Assembly: GCA_964016885.1 (NCBI GenBank)
Contig: OZ024764.1
Location: 16,306,001 to 16,370,000 of the forward strand
DNA from: Eledone cirrhosa
Taxonomy: Eukaryota
DNA: 64,000 nucleotides
Reading direction: 5' to 3'
The position numbers and the translations under genes were made by a program. Under the pieces are notes generated by a model. That model did not search any database, was not told the origin of the DNA, and worked only from the letters and a program-made list of their open reading frames with translations. Within the stretch, counting starts at the first letter, position 1. Each line of letters opens with the position of its first letter. This document shows positions 1 through 64,000 of the stretch, one piece after another.

Positions 1-32
1 ATCGCAGAAATTTATATATATATACGACTTAC

Positions 33-28992
<28,960 letters not shown>

Positions 28993-29746
28993 CACTTCAA
29001 TATGTATTTAATCTCTCTTTCAATAAATAAACACAAAATCCTGGAAAGGTTTGAGAATATTATTTACCAAGAGAAACGAAACACGTGCGTACTAGAAAAT
29101 ACTCGGTGTATAGGGAAGATCAGTTCCGGCTGTAACACATTTCCGTCTACTCGCTTATTGACGTCCACACACACACACACACAAACACACACACGCACAC
29201 ACACACACACACACACACTATCTATCTATCTCTCATCTCTCTCTCTCTCTCTTTTCCTTATCTTTTTCTTCCTATCTCCAACCTTGATTTCTACTCCTTC
29301 TCACATTTTACTACCTTGATCTCTCTCTTTTTCTTTATTATTCATTCCTCATCACTCTACATTATTCTCTCTCTATTCATTAGTCTCTCTCTCTCTTTAC
29401 TATTCCCCCTCTCTCTCTCTCTCTTTATTATTCATTCTCTCTCTCTATTATTCGATCTCTCTCTCTCTGTTTATTATTCCATCCCTCTTATTATTCCCCC
29501 CTCTCTCTCTTTATTATTCATTCTCTCTCTATTATCGATCTCTCTCTCTCTCTTTCTGTTTATTATTCCATCCCTCTCTCTTTATTATTCAGTTTCCTTC
29601 TTTCTTTCTTTTTCCCGCCCCCCTCGCTCTGTTTCTTTTATCCTCTCTTTCCTCCTCCTCGTCGCCCCTCACTCACTTTTTCTTCGCCTGCTCCCATTCC
29701 TCCTGCTCATCCTCCCCTTCCTCTCACTCTCGGCATTGATAGCAAC
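28993..29746. promoter_or_regulatory. Candidate bidirectional promoter / 5' UTRs of DHX37 and VPS53
   Basis: 754 bp between divergent ATGs. CpG-containing core around 29075-29170 with CACGTG, TTCCGG (ETS-like, 29124) and TGACGT. Then (CA)n and a long CT-rich tract. YY1-like AACATGGCG overlaps the VPS53 ATG. Confidence 0.75.
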
Positions 29747-59084
<29,338 letters not shown>

Positions 59085-59098
59085 GACTTACTCAAGTT

Positions 59099-59341
59099 AT
59101 GTGTGTATGTATGTATATATATATATATATGTGTGTGTATATATGTATATATATATATATCTGTGCGTGTGTGTATATATATATATCTGTGCATGTATGT
59201 ATACATGTGTGTATATATATATATATCTGCATGTGTGTATATATATATATATGCGTGTGTGTATATATGTGTATATATATATATGTGCGTGTGTGTATAT
59301 ATATATATGTGTGTGTATATATATATATATGCGTGTGTGTA

Positions 59342-59383
<42 letters not shown>

Positions 59384-59411
59384 CATGTGTGAGTGTATAT
59401 ATATATATGTG

Positions 59412-59442
<31 letters not shown>

Positions 59443-59546
59443 CTCTGCGTATGTGTGTATATATGTATGCATATATGTCTGTGTAGGTGTATATGTATGT
59501 ATATGTGGGTAGGTATGTATGTATATATGTACATACATATACATAT
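59099..59546. repeat. (TA)/(TG) compound microsatellite directly after the VPS53 stop
   Basis: Direct reading. Confidence 0.9.
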
Positions 59547-59751
59547 CTAAAGGTGGATGGCTTAGTGGTTAGTGTTGGGCTGACAATCCTGAGGTTGTGA
59601 GTTTGATTCTCAGACCTGGCTTCGTGTTGTGTTGTGTTCTTAAGCAAGACACTCTATTTCACGTTGCTCCAGTTCACTCAGCTGTAGAAATGAGTTTACC
59701 CCGCTCTGGGTTAAATAGCCTCACCAACCCGCAATTGGGCAAGTGATGATG

Positions 59752-59803
<52 letters not shown>

Positions 59804-59836
59804 AGAAATTAAAAGATGGTTAAAAAAGTTCCATAT

Positions 59837-60035
59837 ATTTTATTATGCGCATTTTGTAAACAACATCATCCTGGGACAAAAATTGTGTTCTCGTCAGATA
59901 AAATGATCAGATAAATGATATGAGGCCTAAAAATACTTGTTAACAAGAAAGTGTCCAGCTTACATATTTTATCTGATGAGAACACAATTTTTGTCCCAGG
60001 ATGATGTTGTTTTCAAAATGCGCATAATAAAATAT
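59837..60035. ncRNA. Inverted pair of degenerate hammerheads (both G12A): 59837-59904 (-) and 59964-60035 (+)
   Basis: AUUUUAU CUGAYGA GAACACAA...UUGUUUWC AAAA UGCGCAUA AUAAAAUAU in both arms. Confidence 0.65.
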
Positions 60036-60156
60036 ATGGAACTTTTTTAACCATCTTTTAATTTCTTCTTTATATATACTCCAGTTCTACCAACTGTTGA
60101 GTGCTACTTATCTGATATATGCATAGTTTTATTGTTCTACAATATTACTCACTTCC

Positions 60157-60211
<55 letters not shown>

Positions 60212-61065
60212 AGTAAAAATAACGGAGCAAAGGACTCGCGTATAATCCTGTAATTAAATGAGTTCAAAGGAAAGAGTTTTCCTGGGCCCTTTAAAATACA
60301 ATATATAGGGGGGGAAAGACAGAAGAGTGTGTTTTTCTTTACAGGAATTTCAAACCACCGGCGTGAAGAGAATATAAGCTACTACAGGCTTAGGCAAAAC
60401 ATTAAAATTAAAAGTATAAATTAAAATGAGAAACCAACCTCATACCTAAGTCGCACATGTTCACACTCACCAGGAGAATGTTTCCCCATTTTAGTGGGTT
60501 CCAATGCGGCCCGGTGGGGTCACCAGCATGTGGAAGGCCAATATTCTCGGCACTACTAGAGAGAACTAAAGTAAACTACTTGTCGCACGTGTAGACTTAA
60601 GAGAAATGCGTGCGCGACGCAGTAGCCGATGGCATGAACAGAACAAACTGCTAGAAATGACAGCCTATACTAAATTCCTGAAATTCCTGTAAAGAAAAAC
60701 ACTCTCTTCTGTGTCTTTCCCCTCTATATATTGTATTATATATATATATATAAATGCATGTGTATATGTATGTATGTGTATGTGTGTGTATATATATATA
60801 TAAACATATATAGTAATAATAATTATCAAGACCAAAATCTGAAGAGGGCCCAGGATTATATATATATACCGCAGAGCAAATATTTATTATTAGTGCAGAT
60901 TAAAATAATTTAAGCAAAGAATCGCTGCTTTACGGGATCTTCTGAAACTCATATATATATATATATATATGTGAAGTAATTCCGTCGGAAAGGGCCAGGA
61001 AAAAAGAGTGCTCTATGTAGGTTACAGAGCTTAATAGTTATGTAATAAACAACATAAGATAATTA

Positions 61066-61126
61066 TTTCATTTACCAGTGGTTTCTTGAAAGCAAACAAA
61101 ATTTGCTTTCAGTCATCAGAATGAAA
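61066..61126 (-). ncRNA. Minimal hammerhead ribozyme motif
   Basis: UUUCAUU CUGAUGA C UGAAAGCAAA-UUUUG-UUUGCUUUCA A GAAA CCACUGGUA^AAUGAAA. Confidence 0.78.
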
Positions 61127-61185
61127 AAATCCTGGTGTATTTATTGACAGTGGATTTTAAAAAACAAAAATATAATCTACATGAA

Positions 61186-61232
<47 letters not shown>

Positions 61233-61911
61233 TATCACGATAAATTAACAGAGCCATAGACACTCGTTATTCCCTGTCAATAATGTGTTCAAAGGAAGAG
61301 GAATTCTGAGCTCTTTAAAATACAAAATGTTGAAAGGGTAACACACTAGAGAGAGAGAGTGACCCATCAAGGGTTCCCCCTGATTTATTGATGGCTCACT
61401 TTCTCTCTCTAGTGTGTTACCTTTTCAACATTTTGTATATATAAACATATAAACATGTATATATACACAGTTGGAAGTGGTTAAAAGGGAAGAGTGGATG
61501 TGAAACAAGTGCTGATGGTGATGATGGGATGGTGATGATGGTGATAGTGGTGATAGGATGATGATGATAGTAAATGCTGGGGTGGTGATGGTGGTGGGGG
61601 CAAATGAATCTTTCAGATTCATTTTTGTTTTTTTTTGTTTTGTGTGCTAATATTGTTGTTGTTGATGATGATGATGATGGTGGTGTTGATGATATGAATA
61701 AAAAGGATGAAAGGCAAAATTGACATCGATTGATTTCTTACAAAGCTACCTACAAGTTTATATAAGGATCAGTTCTCATCGGTTTACCGACTGATGGGGA
61801 ACTCGTCAAAACAGACGAAGGTAGTTGTCTCCATTGACCTTTCCATTGCTGATATTATCTCCCAGTCATAACTGACATACGCATATACACACACACACAC
61901 ACATATATATA

Positions 61912-62258
61912 TCATCATCATCATCATCATTTCATTTTACGTCCGCTTTTTCCCTGCTTGCAAGAGTGGGACGGGAACTGATCCTGGCTTAATCTCTACA
62001 GCTGGATGCCCTTCCTAACACCAACCTCATTTACAGTGAGTGCTGGGTGTTTTTTTGCCGTGGCACCTCCACGACCACTTTGCAGTGGAATGATAGGGAC
62101 CCCAGTCCCTATCATCTCATTTCTACAGCTGAGTAAACTGGAGCAATGTGAAATAAAGTCTCTTGCTCAAGGAAACAACACATCACCCGGTCTGAGAAGT
62201 GAACTCACAACCTTTCGATTGCAAGGCCAATGCTCTAACCACTAAGCCACGTGCCTCC
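61912..62258 (-). mobile_element. CORE-like SINE copy
   Basis: Near-identical to 17075-17409. Confidence 0.85.
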
Positions 62259-62411
62259 ACACATGTGTATATATATATATATATATGAATGTATGTATAG
62301 TATATTTGGCAATATACCGTATGTTTAATTAAAAACATTATGAAGACCATACAGTATCGGTTTTAAAGTAGTGACTATGTCCCTTCTTTTCAGAGCACCA
62401 ATCCTAATATA

Positions 62412-62473
<62 letters not shown>

Positions 62474-62864
62474 GTTATAGGAATAACCAAAGAGTGCTTA
62501 GAAATACATTTTTATTAGCTAACAGTGTTTCATCCATACACCATGGCAGGAATCCTCAGAGCCTATAAACATGAGTATATCAGTAGTTGCATGCTAAAAC
62601 CACACTGTCATACCAAGGGCAATATATCTACATGTCTGGGCATATTGATATATTTGTCAACAAAATATATATATATATATACATACACAGGGAGCAGGAA
62701 TTGGATTTGAGACAGGGGAGAGAAAAAAAACTGTATTTTCTGTTTGTGTGCATGTTACAGTGAGAGCAAGGCCCAGGCCTGAAAAGGGTGAGAGAAACAG
62801 GTGTATTTTATGTGAGGGTATTCCAAGCTTCAAAGGGTCATCAATGAGGTGGGTGACTGGACTT

Positions 62865-63390
62865 GCCTGAGTCAGACCTACTGGCTGTTATCCAATGGGC
62901 AGAAAAGAACAATATGCTGTTGAATGAGGATAAGTCCGAGTTAATCCACTTTGGAAAAAAGGATGCCCTGAAACTCCCATACTCTCTTCCTTCAGGTGAA
63001 ACTCTAGTGGCATCCAACATCATCAGACTTGGGAGTAATTGTGGACAACAACATAAGCTGGGCCACTCATATAAACAGCAAAGTTGGTATGGCCCGCAGA
63101 ATGTGTTCCTGGATTCTCAGAACCTTCCAGTCGAGAGATATCCACACTGTTGTCCTTCTCTTCTCCACTTTTGCCCGACCCCACCTTGAATACTGTTGTT
63201 CACTGTGGTCTCCCCACACGAAACAAAGTATCATGAAAGTTGAAGCACCCTAAAGATTAATTAGAAAACAAGAAAGACAGATGGCATGACAGGCCTTGAC
63301 TATTGGAGTCGATTAGAAAGCTCAACCTTTATTCTCTCCAATGTCGCCGTGAGCGCTACATCATCTGCATGATGTTGGCATCACCTTTAA
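62865..63390 (+). mobile_element. CR1-clade LINE RT fragment
   Basis: QWAEKNNMLLNEDKS, DLGVIVDNNISW, ARPHLEYCCSLWSPH with frameshifts and stops. Confidence 0.85.
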
Positions 63391-64000
63391 GGTACAGTTA
63401 CAGTGAGAGCAAGACTCAGGCCTGAAAAGTGAGAGAAACGTGTATTTTATGGGCACTGGATTACTAGTCTATTGATGTCACGTTTGTCAATCATTCAGAT
63501 ATGTGATTAATAAATGTTTGTTTTAAAAAATAGTCATTTTACTGGAAAAGAACTGGCACAGCAACTGTAGCTGTGTAAAATATATGCTGCAGTCAACAGG
63601 TTAAGAAGACTGAGGTGGTACATCAACCAAAGCCAACCACACCCAGCATGGCTTCTGTCTAATGACTGAAACTGGTAAAATGTAAAAAAACAAATGGTAG
63701 AAATAATGTGTGGAAGATAAGTGAAAGAATTTATTACATTTTTCAATATGAATTTCATAGAAGTGTAAAGGACTAAAACGCAGAAATAACTGTAAAACAA
63801 TTATGTATTATGTATTGAGAAGAGATTACTCTATCGGCGACATAATGCACCTAGAGCATGCTAAAGATTAATGAAGAAAAGCAAGGTTGTGGAAAACATG
63901 CAGACAAAAGTGTCAATTACCTCATCAGCTGTCAAGCAGCCACATGATTTCGCACAGAATCTTGCAACAAGTTATTTTTGTGTTTGAGCCCCTTACATAT

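Overview
Eukaryotic (metazoan) genomic DNA. It is AT-rich and saturated with (TA)n/(CA)n microsatellites, tRNA-derived SINEs, LINE fragments and MITEs. The repeat repertoire suggests an octopus/coleoid cephalopod (inference only). Two intron-rich housekeeping genes lie head-to-head with 754 bp between their ATGs. DHX37 (DEAH-box RNA helicase, minus strand) has 31 exons traced from ATG 28992 down to 33, about 1128 codons, with the last exon outside the window. VPS53 (GARP/EARP subunit, plus strand) has 20 exons at 29747-59084, 853 aa, complete. All exons were traced by hand with GT-AG boundaries and consistent phases. Almost all long ORFs in the supplied track are artefacts of tandem repeats. 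The most notable non-coding signal is a dispersed set of about 16 minimal type I hammerhead-ribozyme motifs (CUGANGA-stem II-GAAA-short, usually palindromic stem III-NUH, closed by stem I) with covarying helices. They sit in short Penelope-like modules embedded in (TA)n tracts and are often folded back into locus-specific long inverted repeats. Several are in the sense orientation of the host pre-mRNAs. Further themes: minisatellites expanding inside transposons (with unexpanded sister copies in the same window), arrays that multiply branch-point or 5' splice-site motifs, duplicated splice sites, a candidate internal promoter, and candidate restorative A-to-I sites.
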